Source of the DNA: Paramoeba atlantica | Lineage: Eukaryota > Protista > Discosea | Direction: 5' to 3' | Length of the DNA stretch: 64,000 bases | Assembly: GCA_977017575.1 (NCBI GenBank) | Contig: CDRNVI010000018.1 | Coordinates: 186,001 to 250,000, forward strand | Part shown: piece after piece, positions 1-11,881 of the stretch | Layout of the letters: each line of letters opens with the position of its first letter | How positions within the stretch are numbered: the stretch's first letter is position 1 | The notes under the pieces: generated by a model | The model's input: the letters and a program-made list of their open reading frames with translations, nothing else | Told to the model about the DNA's origin: nothing | The model's database searches: none | Program-made: the position numbers and the translations under genes

Positions 1-49
1 TTTTCAATCACGTTATGTATGGATGGTAGGTGCATTGCGGGGGGGCATT
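1..49 (-). pseudogene. Distal continuation of the interrupted RT frame of YR element A (continues left of the window)
   Basis: Joining 12090-12130 to 1-49 across the 16-bp duplication gives the uninterrupted minus-strand frame RKLNRVFECPPAMHLPSIHNVIE, which resembles a DIRS-type RT N-terminal segment. Confidence 0.85.
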
Positions 50-55
50 GCGGGG

Positions 56-3000
56 GATCAAGTTTTTTGTAAGATCAAGTTTTTTGTAAGATCAAGTTTT
101 TTGTAAGATCAAGTTTTTTGTAAGATCAAGTTTTTTGTAAGATCAAGTTTTTTGTAAGATCAAGTTTTTTGTAAGATCAAGTTTTTTGTAAGATCAAGTT
201 TTTTGTAAGATCAAGTTTTTTGTAAGATCAAGTTTTTTGTAAGATCAAGTTTTTTGTAAGATCAAGTTTTTTGTAAGATCAAGTTTTTTGTAAGATCAAG
301 TTTTTTGTAAGATCAAGTTTTTTGTAAGATCAAGTTTTTTGTAAGATCAAGTTTTTTGTAAGATCAAGTTTTTTGTAAGATCAAGTTTTTTGTAAGATCA
401 AGTTTTTTGTAAGATCAAGTTTTCTGTAAGATCAAGTTTTTTGTAAGATCAAGTTTTTTGTAAGATCAAGTTTTTTGTAAGATCAAGTTTTTTGTAAGAT
501 CAAGTTTTCTGTAAGATCAAGTTTTTTGTAAGATCAAGTTTTTTGTAAGATCAAGTTTTTTGTAAGATCAAGTTTTTTGTAAGATCAAGTTTTTTGTAAG
601 ATCAAGTTTTTTGTAAGATCAAGTTTTTTGTAAGATCAAGTTTTTTGTAAGATCAAGTTTTTTGTAAGATCAAGTTTTTTGTAAGATCAAGTTTTTTGTA
701 AGATCAAGTTTTTTGTAAGATCAAGTTTTTTGTAAGATCAAGTTTTTTGTAAGATCAAGTTTTTTGTAAGATCAAGTTTTTTGTAAGATCAAGTTTTTTG
801 TAAGATCAAGTTTTTTGTAAGATCAAGTTTTTTGTAAGATCAAGTTTTTTGTAAGATCAAGTTTTTTGTAAGATCAAGTTTTTTGTAAGATCAAGTTTTT
901 TGTAAGATCAAGTTTTTTGTAAGATCAAGTTTTTTGTAAGATCAAGTTTTTTGTAAGATCAAGTTTTTTGTAAGATCAAGTTTTTTGTAAGATCAAGTTT
1001 TTTGTAAGATCAAGTTTTTTGTAAGATCAAGTTTTTTGTAAGATCAAGTTTTTTGTAAGATCAAGTTTTTTGTAAGATCAAGTTTTTTGTAAGATCAAGT
1101 TTTTTGTAAGATCAAGTTTTTTGTAAGATCAAGTTTTTTGTAAGATCAAGTTTTTTGTAAGATCAAGTTTTTTGTAAGATCAAGTTTTTTGTAAGATCAA
1201 GTTTTTTGTAAGATCAAGTTTTTTGTAAGATCAAGTTTTTTGTAAGATCAAGTTTTTTGTAAGATCAAGTTTTTTGTAAGATCAAGTTTTTTGTAAGATC
1301 AAGTTTTTTGTAAGATCAAGTTTTTTGTAAGATCAAGTTTTTTGTAAGATCAAGTTTTTTGTAAGATCAAGTTTTTTGTAAGATCAAGTTTTTTGTAAGA
1401 TCAAGTTTTTTGTAAGATCAAGTTTTTTGTAAGATCAAGTTTTTTGTAAGATCAAGTTTTTTGTAAGATCAAGTTTTTTGTAAGATCAAGTTTTTTGTAA
1501 GATCAAGTTTTTTGTAAGATCAAGTTTTTTGTAAGATCAAGTTTTTTGTAAGATCAAGTTTTTTGTAAGATCAAGTTTTTTGTAAGATCAAGTTTTTTGT
1601 AAGATCAAGTTTTTTGTAAGATCAAGTTTTTTGTAAGATCAAGTTTTTTGTAAGATCAAGTTTTTTGTAAGATCAAGTTTTTTGTAAGATCAAGTTTTTT
1701 GTAAGATCAAGTTTTTTGTAAGATCAAGTTTTTTGTAAGATCAAGTTTTTTGTAAGATCAAGTTTTTTGTAAGATCAAGTTTTTTGTAAGATCAAGTTTT
1801 TTGTAAGATCAAGTTTTTTGTAAGATCAAGTTTTTTGTAAGATCAAGTTTTTTGTAAGATCAAGTTTTTTGTAAGATCAAGTTTTTTGTAAGATCAAGTT
1901 TTTTGTAAGATCAAGTTTTTTGTAAGATCAAGTTTTTTGTAAGATCAAGTTTTTTGTAAGATCAAGTTTTTTGTAAGATCAAGTTTTTTGTAAGATCAAG
2001 TTTTTTGTAAGATCAAGTTTTTTGTAAGATCAAGTTTTTTGTAAGATCAAGTTTTTTGTAAGATCAAGTTTTTTGTAAGATCAAGTTTTTTGTAAGATCA
2101 AGTTTTTTGTAAGATCAAGTTTTTTGTAAGATCAAGTTTTTTGTAAGATCAAGTTTTTTGTAAGATCAAGTTTTTTGTAAGATCAAGTTTTTTGTAAGAT
2201 CAAGTTTTTTGTAAGATCAAGTTTTTTGTAAGATCAAGTTTTTTGTAAGATCAAGTTTTTTGTAAGATCAAGTTTTTTGTAAGATCAAGTTTTTTGTAAG
2301 ATCAAGTTTTTTGTAAGATCAAGTTTTTTGTAAGATCAAGTTTTTTGTAAGATCAAGTTTTTTGTAAGATCAAGTTTTTTGTAAGATCAAGTTTTTTGTA
2401 AGATCAAGTTTTTTGTAAGATCAAGTTTTTTGTAAGATCAAGTTTTTTGTAAGATCAAGTTTTTTGTAAGATCAAGTTTTTTGTAAGATCAAGTTTTTTG
2501 TAAGATCAAGTTTTTTGTAAGATCAAGTTTTTTGTAAGGATCAAGTTTTTTGTAAAGATCAAGTTTTTTGTAAAGATCAAGTTTTTTGTAAAGATCAAGT
2601 TTTTTGTAAAGATCAAGTTTTTTGTAAGATCAAGTTTTTTGTAAGATCAAGTTTTTTGTAAGATCAAGTTTTTTGTAAGATCAAGTTTTTTGTAAGATCA
2701 AGTTTTTTGTAAGATCAAGTTTTTTGTAAGATCAAGTTTTTTGTAAGATCAAGTTTTTTGTAAGATCAAGTTTTTTGTAGGATCAAGTTTTTTGTAAGAT
2801 CAAGCTTTTTGTAAGATCAAGTTTTTTGTAAGATCAAGTTTTTTGTAAGATCAAGTTTTTTGTAAGATCAAGTTTTTTGTAAGATCAAGTTTTTTGTAAG
2901 ATCAAGTTTTTTGTAAGATCAAGTTTTTTGTAAGATCAAGTTTTTTGTAAGATCAAGTTTTTTGTAGGATCAAGTTTTTTGTAGGATCAAGTTTTTTGTA

Positions 3001-6000
3001 AGATCAAGTTTTTTGTAAGATCAAGTTTTTTGTAAGATCAAGTTTTTTGTAAGATCAAGTTTTTTGTAAGATCAAGTTTTTTGTAAGATCAAGTTTTTTG
3101 TAAGATCAAGTTTTTTGTAAGATCAAGTTTTTTGTAAGATCAAGTTTTTTGTAAGATCAAGTTTTTTGTAAGATCAAGTTTTTTGTAAGATCAAGTTTTT
3201 TGTAAGATCAAGTTTTTTGTAAGATCAAGTTTTTTGTAAGATCAAGTTTTTTGTAGGATCAAGTTTTTTGTAAGATCAAGTTTTTTGTAAGATCAAGTTT
3301 TTTGTAAGATCAAGTTTTTTGTAAGATCAAGTTTTTTGTAAGATCAAGTTTTTTGTAAGATCAAGTTTTTTGTAAGATCAAGTTTTTTGTAAGATCAAGT
3401 TTTTTGTAAGATCAAGTTTTTTGTAAGATCAAGTTTTTTGTAAGATCAAGTTTTTTGTAAGATCAAGTTTTTTGTAAGATCAAGTTTTTTGTAAGATCAA
3501 GTTTTTTGTAAGATCAAGTTTTTTGTAAGATCAAGTTTTTTGTAAGATCAAGTTTTTTGTAAGATCAAGTTTTTTGTAAGATCAAGTTTTTTGTAAGATC
3601 AAGTTTTTTGTAAGATCAAGTTTTTTGTAAGATCAAGTTTTTTGTAAGATCAAGTTTTTTGTAAGATCAAGTTTTTTGTAAGATCAAGTTTTTTGTAAGA
3701 TCAAGTTTTTTGTAAGATCAAGTTTTTTGTAAGATCAAGTTTTTTGTAAGATCAAGTTTTTTGTAAGATCAAGTTTTTTGTAAGATCAAGTTTTTTGTAA
3801 GATCAAGTTTTTTGTAAGATCAAGTTTTTTGTAAGATCAAGTTTTTTGTAAGATCAAGTTTTTTGTAAGATCAAGTTTTTTGTAAGATCAAGTTTTTTGT
3901 AAGATCAAGTTTTTTGTAAGATCAAGTTTTTTGTAAGATCAAGTTTTTTGTAAGATCAAGTTTTTTGTAAGATCAAGTTTTTTGTAAGATCAAGTTTTTT
4001 GTAAGATCAAGTTTTTTGTAAGATCAAGTTTTTTGTAAGATCAAGTTTTTTGTAAGATCAAGTTTTTTGTAAGATCAAGTTTTTTGTAAGATCAAGTTTT
4101 TTGTAAGATCAAGTTTTTTGTAAGATCAAGTTTTTTGTAAGATCAAGTTTTTTGTAAGATCAAGTTTTTTGTAAGATCAAGTTTTTTGTAAGATCAAGTT
4201 TTTTGTAAGATCAAGTTTTTTGTAAGATCAAGTTTTTTGTAAGATCAAGTTTTTTGTAAGATCAAGTTTTTTGTAAGATCAAGTTTTTTGTAAGATCAAG
4301 TTTTTTGTAAGATCAAGTTTTTTGTAAGATCAAGTTTTTTGTAAGATCAAGTTTTTTGTAAGATCAAGTTTTTTGTAAGATCAAGTTTTTTGTAAGATCA
4401 AGTTTTTTGTAAGATCAAGTTTTTTGTAAGATCAAGTTTTTTGTAAGGATCAAGTTTTTTGTAAAGATCAAGTTTTTTGTAAGATCAAGTTTTTTGTAAG
4501 ATCAAGTTTTTTGTAAGATCAAGTTTTTTGTAAGATCAAGTTTTTTGTAAGATCAAGTTTTTTGTAAGATCAAGTTTTTTGTAAGATCAAGTTTTTTGTA
4601 AGATCAAGTTTTTTGTAAGATCAAGTTTTTTGTAAGATCAAGTTTTTTGTAAGATCAAGTTTTTTGTAAGATCAAGTTTTTTGTAAGATCAAGTTTTTTG
4701 TAAGATCAAGTTTTTTGTAAGATCAAGTTTTTTGTAAGATCAAGTTTTTTGTAAGATCAAGTTTTTTGTAAGATCAAGTTTTTTGTAAGATCAAGTTTTT
4801 TGTAAGATCAAGTTTTTTGTAAGATCAAGTTTTTTGTAAGATCAAGTTTTTTGTAAGATCAAGTTTTTTGTAAGATCAAGTTTTTTGTAAGATCAAGTTT
4901 TTTGTAAGATCAAGTTTTTTGTAAGATCAAGTTTTTTGTAAGATCAAGTTTTTTGTAAGATCAAGTTTTTTGTAAGATCAAGTTTTTTGTAAGATCAAGT
5001 TTTTTGTAAGATCAAGTTTTTTGTAAGATCAAGTTTTTTGTAAGATCAAGTTTTTTGTAAGATCAAGTTTTTTGTAAGATCAAGTTTTTTGTAAGATCAA
5101 GTTTTTTGTAAGATCAAGTTTTTTGTAAGATCAAGTTTTTTGTAAGATCAAGTTTTTTGTAAGATCAAGTTTTTTGTAAGATCAAGTTTTTTGTAAGATC
5201 AAGTTTTTTGTAAGATCAAGTTTTTTGTAAGATCAAGTTTTTTGTAAGATCAAGTTTTTTGTAAGATCAAGTTTTTTGTAAGATCAAGTTTTTTGTAAGA
5301 TCAAGTTTTTTGTAAGATCAAGTTTTTTGTAAGATCAAGTTTTTTGTAAGATCAAGTTTTTTGTAAGGATCAAGTTTTTTGTAAAGATCAAGTTTTTTGT
5401 AAAGATCAAGTTTTTTGTAAAGATCAAGTTTTTTGTAAAGATCAAGTTTTTTGTAAGATCAAGTTTTTTGTAAGATCAAGTTTTTTGTAAGATCAAGTTT
5501 TTTGTAAGATCAAGTTTTTTGTAAGGATCAAGTTTTTTGTAAAGATCAAGTTTTTTGTAAAGATCAAGTTTTTTGTAAAGATCAAGTTTTTTGTAAAGAT
5601 CAAGTTTTTTGTAAGATCAAGTTTTTTGTAAGATCAAGTTTTTTGTAAGATCAAGTTTTTTGTAAGATCAAGTTTTTTGTAAGATCAAGTTTTTTGTAAG
5701 ATCAAGTTTTTTGTAAGATCAAGTTTTTTGTAAGATCAAGTTTTTTGTAAGATCAAGTTTTTTGTAGGATCAAGTTTTTTGTAAGATCAAGCTTTTTGTA
5801 AGATCAAGTTTTTTGTAAGATCAAGTTTTTTGTAAGATCAAGTTTTTTGTAAGATCAAGTTTTTTGTAAGATCAAGTTTTTTGTAAGATCAAGTTTTTTG
5901 TAAGATCAAGTTTTTTGTAAGATCAAGTTTTTTGTAAGATCAAGTTTTTTGTAGGATCAAGTTTTTTGTAGGATCAAGTTTTTTGTAAGATCAAGTTTTT

Positions 6001-7789
6001 TGTAAGATCAAGTTTTTTGTAAGATCAAGTTTTTTGTAAGATCAAGTTTTTTGTAAGATCAAGTTTTTTGTAAGATCAAGTTTTTTGTAAGATCAAGTTT
6101 TTTGTAAGATCAAGTTTTTTGTAAGATCAAGTTTTTTGTAAGATCAAGTTTTTTGTAAGATCAAGTTTTTTGTAAGATCAAGTTTTTTGTAAGATCAAGT
6201 TTTTTGTAAGGATCAAGTTTTTTGTAAAGATCAAGTTTTTTGTAAGATCAAGTTTTTTGTAAGATCAAGTTTTTTGTAAGATCAAGTTTTTTGTAAGATC
6301 AAGTTTTTTGTAAGATCAAGTTTTTTGTAAGATCAAGTTTTTTGTAAGATCAAGTTTTTTGTAAGATCAAGTTTTTTGTAAGATCAAGTTTTTTGTAAGA
6401 TCAAGTTTTTTGTAAGATCAAGTTTTTTGTAAGATCAAGTTTTTTGTAAGATCAAGTTTTTTGTAAGATCAAGTTTTTTGTAAGATCAAGTTTTTTGTAA
6501 GATCAAGTTTTTTGTAAGATCAAGTTTTTTGTAAGATCAAGTTTTTTGTAAGATCAAGTTTTTTGTAAGATCAAGTTTTTTGTAAGATCAAGTTTTTTGT
6601 AAGATCAAGTTTTTTGTAAGATCAAGTTTTTTGTAAGATCAAGTTTTTTGTAAGATCAAGTTTTTTGTAAGATCAAGTTTTTTGTAAGATCAAGTTTTTT
6701 GTAAGATCAAGTTTTTTGTAAGATCAAGTTTTTTGTAAGATCAAGTTTTTTGTAAGATCAAGTTTTTTGTAAGATCAAGTTTTTTGTAAGATCAAGTTTT
6801 TTGTAAGATCAAGTTTTTTGTAAGATCAAGTTTTTTGTAAGATCAAGTTTTTTGTAAGATCAAGTTTTTTGTAAGATCAAGTTTTTTGTAAGATCAAGTT
6901 TTTTGTAAGATCAAGTTTTTTGTAAGATCAAGTTTTTTGTAAGATCAAGTTTTTTGTAAGATCAAGTTTTTTGTAAGATCAAGTTTTTTGTAAGATCAAG
7001 TTTTTTGTAAGATCAAGTTTTTTGTAAGATCAAGTTTTTTGTAAGATCAAGTTTTTTGTAAGATCAAGTTTTTTGTAAGATCAAGTTTTTTGTAAGATCA
7101 AGTTTTTTGTAAGATCAAGTTTTTTGTAAGATCAAGTTTTTTGTAAGATCAAGTTTTTTGTAAGATCAAGTTTTTTGTAAGATCAAGTTTTTTGTAAGAT
7201 CAAGTTTTTTGTAAGATCAAGTTTTTTGTAAGATCAAGTTTTTTGTAAGATCAAGTTTTTTGTAAGATCAAGTTTTTTGTAAGATCAAGTTTTTTGTAAG
7301 ATCAAGTTTTTTGTAAGATCAAGTTTTTTGTAAGATCAAGTTTTTTGTAAGATCAAGTTTTTTGTAAGATCAAGTTTTTTGTAAGATCAAGTTTTTTGTA
7401 AGATCAAGTTTTTTGTAAGATCAAGTTTTTTGTAAGATCAAGTTTTTTGTAAGATCAAGTTTTTTGTAAGATCAAGTTTTTTGTAAGATCAAGTTTTTTG
7501 TAAGATCAAGTTTTTTGTAAGATCAAGTTTTTTGTAAGGATCAAGTTTTTTGTAAAGATCAAGTTTTTTGTAAAGATCAAGTTTTTTGTAAAGATCAAGT
7601 TTTTTGTAAAGATCAAGTTTTTTGTAAAGATCAAGTTTTTTGTAAAGATCAAGTTTTTTGTAAAGATCAAGTTTTTTGTAAAGATCAAGTTTTTTGTAAA
7701 GATCAAGTTTTTTGTAAGATCAAGTTTTTTGTAAAGATCAAGTTTTTTGTAAAGATCAAGTTTTTTGTAAAGATCAAGTTTTTTGTAAA
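56..7789 (+). repeat. Tandem array of 17-mer GATCAAGTTTTTTGTAA (about 450 units) with 18-mer and point variants
   Basis: Directly visible. Variants include GTAAAGATC, GTAAGGATC, GTAGGATC, AAGCTT and TTTTCTGT. There are no spacers. Confidence 0.99.
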
Positions 7790-7801
7790 TTTATTTGCAA
7801 A

Positions 7802-10800
7802 ATGGCGGATGCTTCCGGTGCACGAATGCCCACTGCTATTATGAATCTTCTTGCGTGTTCCAAGCTTGATCGGGGGATTCTTTTCCGTCCTGCGAAGGGT
7901 GGAACGGAATCTGCTAAACTCCGCGCGAGGTCGTTAGGACACATTATGCGACTGCTTTGTTTAGGCGCTAAGCTTTCGGTGGTTTGGAGGTACGCGGATT
8001 CATCGAACTACAGTGTTTGGGAGGGGGTAGTAGAGAGTTGGGTGCCGAGCCGCTGGCGTGTTCGCTACGCTCAGTGTTCGCGATTTACGCTTCCGTTCCC
8101 TCCGTGTAGTCCTCACATCGTCCTCTGTGCTGCTCGGGTTTGTGCGCCTAAGCGTAGACGTCGTTTCAAAAAGCGCTCTCGCAAATACAGGGCACAGTCT
8201 GGCAAACGTGCTCTCCGTGACTTGGTGGGCCCTGGGGGCCCCGCTGTGAAGAGAATGTTGAGTGTGGGAACCTTGAACGTAACTACTCTTAAGCTGAAAG
8301 GTGAAGACGAGTTTAGCCTACGAAAGTGCGGACACCTTTGCGAAGTACTTGCCTTCATTGATCTGAAGGGAATAAATATTCTGGGCCTGCAGGAAACGCG
8401 ATTTAGATTCCCATCTTCTGAAAAGTCGGATGTCCTTCACCGCAAAGTACAATATCGGAACGCAGAGTTTCACTTGAACCTCATTCCAGCGCGCGCAAAG
8501 GATGCATACAATGGAATGGGATTCGTCAGCACTTTTCCCTTGTCTAAGGTATCTAAAATCAGTGAAAGGATTATGTCGGGTGAATTTGAGATGGAGGAAG
8601 GAGTCGCAACAGTTATTAACGTATATTCTCCTACACGCGATTCTAAGGACGTCGAGGTTACGGAGTTCTACGGAGAACTCGAACGTTGCTGCTTGAGAAT
8701 AAGGGAAAGCAACCCGCGTCGCCCATTAATTGTGCTGGGCGACTTTAATGCACCTTTGACACATATAACAAATAAGGATCTAGATCCCATTGCGGCCGCC
8801 CGTCTTAAAGGACTTTCTTGTTCTATAGACTGTAAGTCTGCGCACAGTCTTTGTCCAAGTAGTCGGAAATGGACATGCGAATTACCAAACAAAGCTTTAA
8901 GGCAGTTAGATCACATATTTATTTGTAGCAGATTTGCATCGGCAATTCAACGACACAAAGTGATCAAGGCACCCATTCCTACTACTCACTGTTGTGTTAT
9001 AGCCAGAATTAAAATTAAATGGCGAGTCAGTGATCCCAAAACGAATACGAATCAGCTCTCGTGGATTTCTCTTCGAAATAGTGAGGATAGGAAGAATTTC
9101 ATCAATAAAGTTCACGACCAATATCGAGCAACCTCGAACTCTTGTCGATCATGGGGCGCTCTCGCACAATATATGAAAAATGCTGTAAAAACTTTCAAAA
9201 AACCGACGAAACGAAATTTGAACAAAGAAGCTGTAAAGGACTCAAAAATACATGATTTGCGCGGTTTATATCACAAGAGCAGAAACAAAAAGGTGTTCAA
9301 CGCTCTCGTAAAGGAGAATAAAGCGGAAGTTGAAGAGATTATTTCTGACGAATGCTTGGAGATTGAAAAACAGCTTCGTAAAAACCATTCAAACCCATGG
9401 AGAACGATTCGAAAGATATGCGGGCAATATCGTGATACCTTTAGCACGAACGGAAGCTCACGAAATGATAAACTTAACGAAATTCGATCGTACTTCATGA
9501 AATTTAGTGGCGCTGATGATGGAGATCCAAATCTTAGCTTTGAACTGCTGCCGCCGCCGTTAGTACCAATATCCGATGCAGCATTTACAAGCGAGGAGTT
9601 AAGCACATCTTTAGAACATTTCAGAAGAGGAAAAACACCGGGAAGTGATGGAATACCAATGGAAGCCCTTCAAGCTATAGCGGTCCACCCTGATCTGAGA
9701 TCGCATCTCCTGAATATAATCAACCAGGTACACGAAACGGGAGTCACAGAGGAAGCCTGGCGCAACACTCTTCAAATACCCATCCCAAAGAAAGGAGACC
9801 TCACTAACATTGAGAATTGGCGGCCTATATGCGTAGTAAATAGCGTAGTTAAGCTCATGAATCATATGATACTCTCCCGCATTAGACCCAACATTGAAAA
9901 GTCTCTTCGGGGTAACCAGTATGGGTTTCGACCTAACCGAGCGACTTCTGGAGCTCAGATTATCATGAACGAAATAAAAACCAAAGCATTCAGAGGACAA
10001 GGCCTTTCTGTAGCTTTTATAGACTTTGCTAAAGCATTTCCTTCGGTATCGTTCGCTGCTATTAAAGCTAGTTTGCATGCATTTCGAGTAGGTCCATGTC
10101 TTTCTAAGATGATAATGTCTATATACGATGAGCTGAAAGGCACTGTACGAACTTCTATTGGAATCACAAAACCTTTCCCTATCACTACAGGAATACTTCA
10201 AGGTGATGTATTGGCGCCTTATCTGTTCGTTATGGTGTTAGATAGAATTCTCAATAAAGCACTAGATGGAAAATCAGACGGGGTTCTTCTCAGCTCTAGG
10301 GGTACAAGAAAGCGGGGTCTTCATGAAAAGCGCCTGAGTGACATTGAGTATGCGGACGATATAGCGTTATTTAGTGACACGAAGATTGGTTTGACAAATA
10401 TGATAGACAATGTAGCTGAAGAGTCACGCAAAGCTAATCTGAAACTAGCCGTCGGAGCAAACAAGACAGCCTGGTTAACTTTTGGTAAATCTCAAATGAG
10501 CAGCGAGAGCCTGAACAGCAAATTCTCGGGGATGATTCCGAAAGTTACGTCTTACAAACACTTAGGGCATCGGCAGGAAAATGATTTTACATCTACAGTT
10601 AAAGATCGATTGAAACTAGCTTGGGGATCTCTCTTTCGAATGAATGGTATTTGGTCTTCACAACTTAGCCCGGAGACTAAGCTGCGCCTCTACGATTCAA
10701 TAGTATATCCGGTGCTAAACTTTGGGACAGGTGCACTTTCTATTTCAAAATCCATGCTCCGAAGAATTGACGTTGAAGTTAATAACATGAGAAGAATAGT

Positions 10801-11881
10801 TTGCCAATGCAACAGATTAGATGAATACGGAATGAGCTACCCGAATGCTTCTCTGTATCTTGAAACTGAGCGCTTTTCTACTATACACAAGGTTCAGAGG
10901 GCCAAGCTCGTCGGGCACATGCTGAGGCACTCCAGTGATTTTCAAGAGCTTGTACAGTGGAAACAACGCCCGTATGCACGCAATTTATCTCCAAGCGAGG
11001 CTTGCTTCAAGGATCTTAACATTACACTGGAAGAGGCATTGGTATTTGCGTCAGACCGTGAACACTGGTATCGTCTGACAGAAAAATTGCGACGTGAACT
11101 TGAACCGCTCATAGAATACGAAAAAATTGGGTCAGCAAAGTGGAAAACTGCTCTTGCCAAAGCTAAAAAACAAAAAAGTCCTTCAGAATTACAGTTCGTT
11201 GAAGAATCAAATGTGCCTTTTCCAGCCTATAAAGCCATACAAATATATACCGATGGCTCTGTTCTGCCGATGAAAAATACGAAAGAGATTCGAAGTGGCA
11301 TAGGTATCGTAGTTCTAAAACCACGATGCGAACCCTCACGGATATCCATACCATTGGAATCAGACACTATTGAGCGAGTAGAGATCTTAGCTTTTCAGCA
11401 TGCCCTTCTCCAACTGCCGTCAAAACCATGCGCTTGTCTGTTTCATACAGACTCTTACTATCTAGGGGACTTCTTTCACAATCTTCGATATCGGCGGCGA
11501 ATCGTTGGTTACAAGGGGGTTTTAAATGGAGATTTGTTCTCCCAGTTAGACGGAAAATTACGGTCCTTAAAACATGATTTGTACTCAATATATATGTGCA
11601 AAGTCAAGGGTCACTCAGGAAATAAATGGAACGACGAGGCAGATGGGTTAGCACTGATTGCAGCGCGAAAAGTTCCTCGACCGCCTGAGCAGAAAAAGAG
11701 AAAAACAAGTAATGATTCCAACGCATCACAAATCGACAAATCCTTGGAAAAGCTGATAAAACATAGAACCTTGGAAAAGGGAAAGACGAAAACCAATCCA
11801 GCACCCAAGCGTGGCGCCGAGGCTAAAGTCACGCTGTGCGGGAAGATTGCGAAAACTGGTGGAAAGAGGGTGCCTTCATAG
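7802..11881 (+). CDS. Non-LTR retrotransposon polyprotein: N-terminal beta-barrel-like domain, AP endonuclease, RT, C-terminal RNase H (1359 aa, intact)
   Basis: APE motifs GLQETR, NVYSP, LGDFNA, LDHIF. RT motifs QYGFRP, FIDFAKAF, QGDVLAPYLF, YADD, YKHLG. RNase H motifs YTDGS, E-I-L-A, HTDS, KVKGHSGNKWNDEADGLA. Confidence 0.95.
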   Translation: MADASGARMPTAIMNLLACSKLDRGILFRPAKGGTESAKLRARSLGHIMRLLCLGAKLSVVWRYADSSNYSVWEGVVESWVPSRWRVRYAQCSRFTLPFPPCSPHIVLCAARVCAPKRRRRFKKRSRKYRAQSGKRALRDLVGPGGPAVKRMLSVGTLNVTTLKLKGEDEFSLRKCGHLCEVLAFIDLKGINILGLQETRFRFPSSEKSDVLHRKVQYRNAEFHLNLIPARAKDAYNGMGFVSTFPLSKVSKISERIMSGEFEMEEGVATVINVYSPTRDSKDVEVTEFYGELERCCLRIRESNPRRPLIVLGDFNAPLTHITNKDLDPIAAARLKGLSCSIDCKSAHSLCPSSRKWTCELPNKALRQLDHIFICSRFASAIQRHKVIKAPIPTTHCCVIARIKIKWRVSDPKTNTNQLSWISLRNSEDRKNFINKVHDQYRATSNSCRSWGALAQYMKNAVKTFKKPTKRNLNKEAVKDSKIHDLRGLYHKSRNKKVFNALVKENKAEVEEIISDECLEIEKQLRKNHSNPWRTIRKICGQYRDTFSTNGSSRNDKLNEIRSYFMKFSGADDGDPNLSFELLPPPLVPISDAAFTSEELSTSLEHFRRGKTPGSDGIPMEALQAIAVHPDLRSHLLNIINQVHETGVTEEAWRNTLQIPIPKKGDLTNIENWRPICVVNSVVKLMNHMILSRIRPNIEKSLRGNQYGFRPNRATSGAQIIMNEIKTKAFRGQGLSVAFIDFAKAFPSVSFAAIKASLHAFRVGPCLSKMIMSIYDELKGTVRTSIGITKPFPITTGILQGDVLAPYLFVMVLDRILNKALDGKSDGVLLSSRGTRKRGLHEKRLSDIEYADDIALFSDTKIGLTNMIDNVAEESRKANLKLAVGANKTAWLTFGKSQMSSESLNSKFSGMIPKVTSYKHLGHRQENDFTSTVKDRLKLAWGSLFRMNGIWSSQLSPETKLRLYDSIVYPVLNFGTGALSISKSMLRRIDVEVNNMRRIVCQCNRLDEYGMSYPNASLYLETERFSTIHKVQRAKLVGHMLRHSSDFQELVQWKQRPYARNLSPSEACFKDLNITLEEALVFASDREHWYRLTEKLRRELEPLIEYEKIGSAKWKTALAKAKKQKSPSELQFVEESNVPFPAYKAIQIYTDGSVLPMKNTKEIRSGIGIVVLKPRCEPSRISIPLESDTIERVEILAFQHALLQLPSKPCACLFHTDSYYLGDFFHNLRYRRRIVGYKGVLNGDLFSQLDGKLRSLKHDLYSIYMCKVKGHSGNKWNDEADGLALIAARKVPRPPEQKKRKTSNDSNASQIDKSLEKLIKHRTLEKGKTKTNPAPKRGAEAKVTLCGKIAKTGGKRVPS

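Noticed and set aside
7506-7706. ORF (IFTKNL)n on the minus strand
   Set aside because: It results from the run of 18-mer units (a multiple of 3) within the array; there is no evidence of coding.
56-7789. Array as a telomere or a CRISPR array
   Set aside because: Unique sequence with an in-frame RT continuation and a TSD lies distal to it, so it is internal. It has no spacers and no cas genes.
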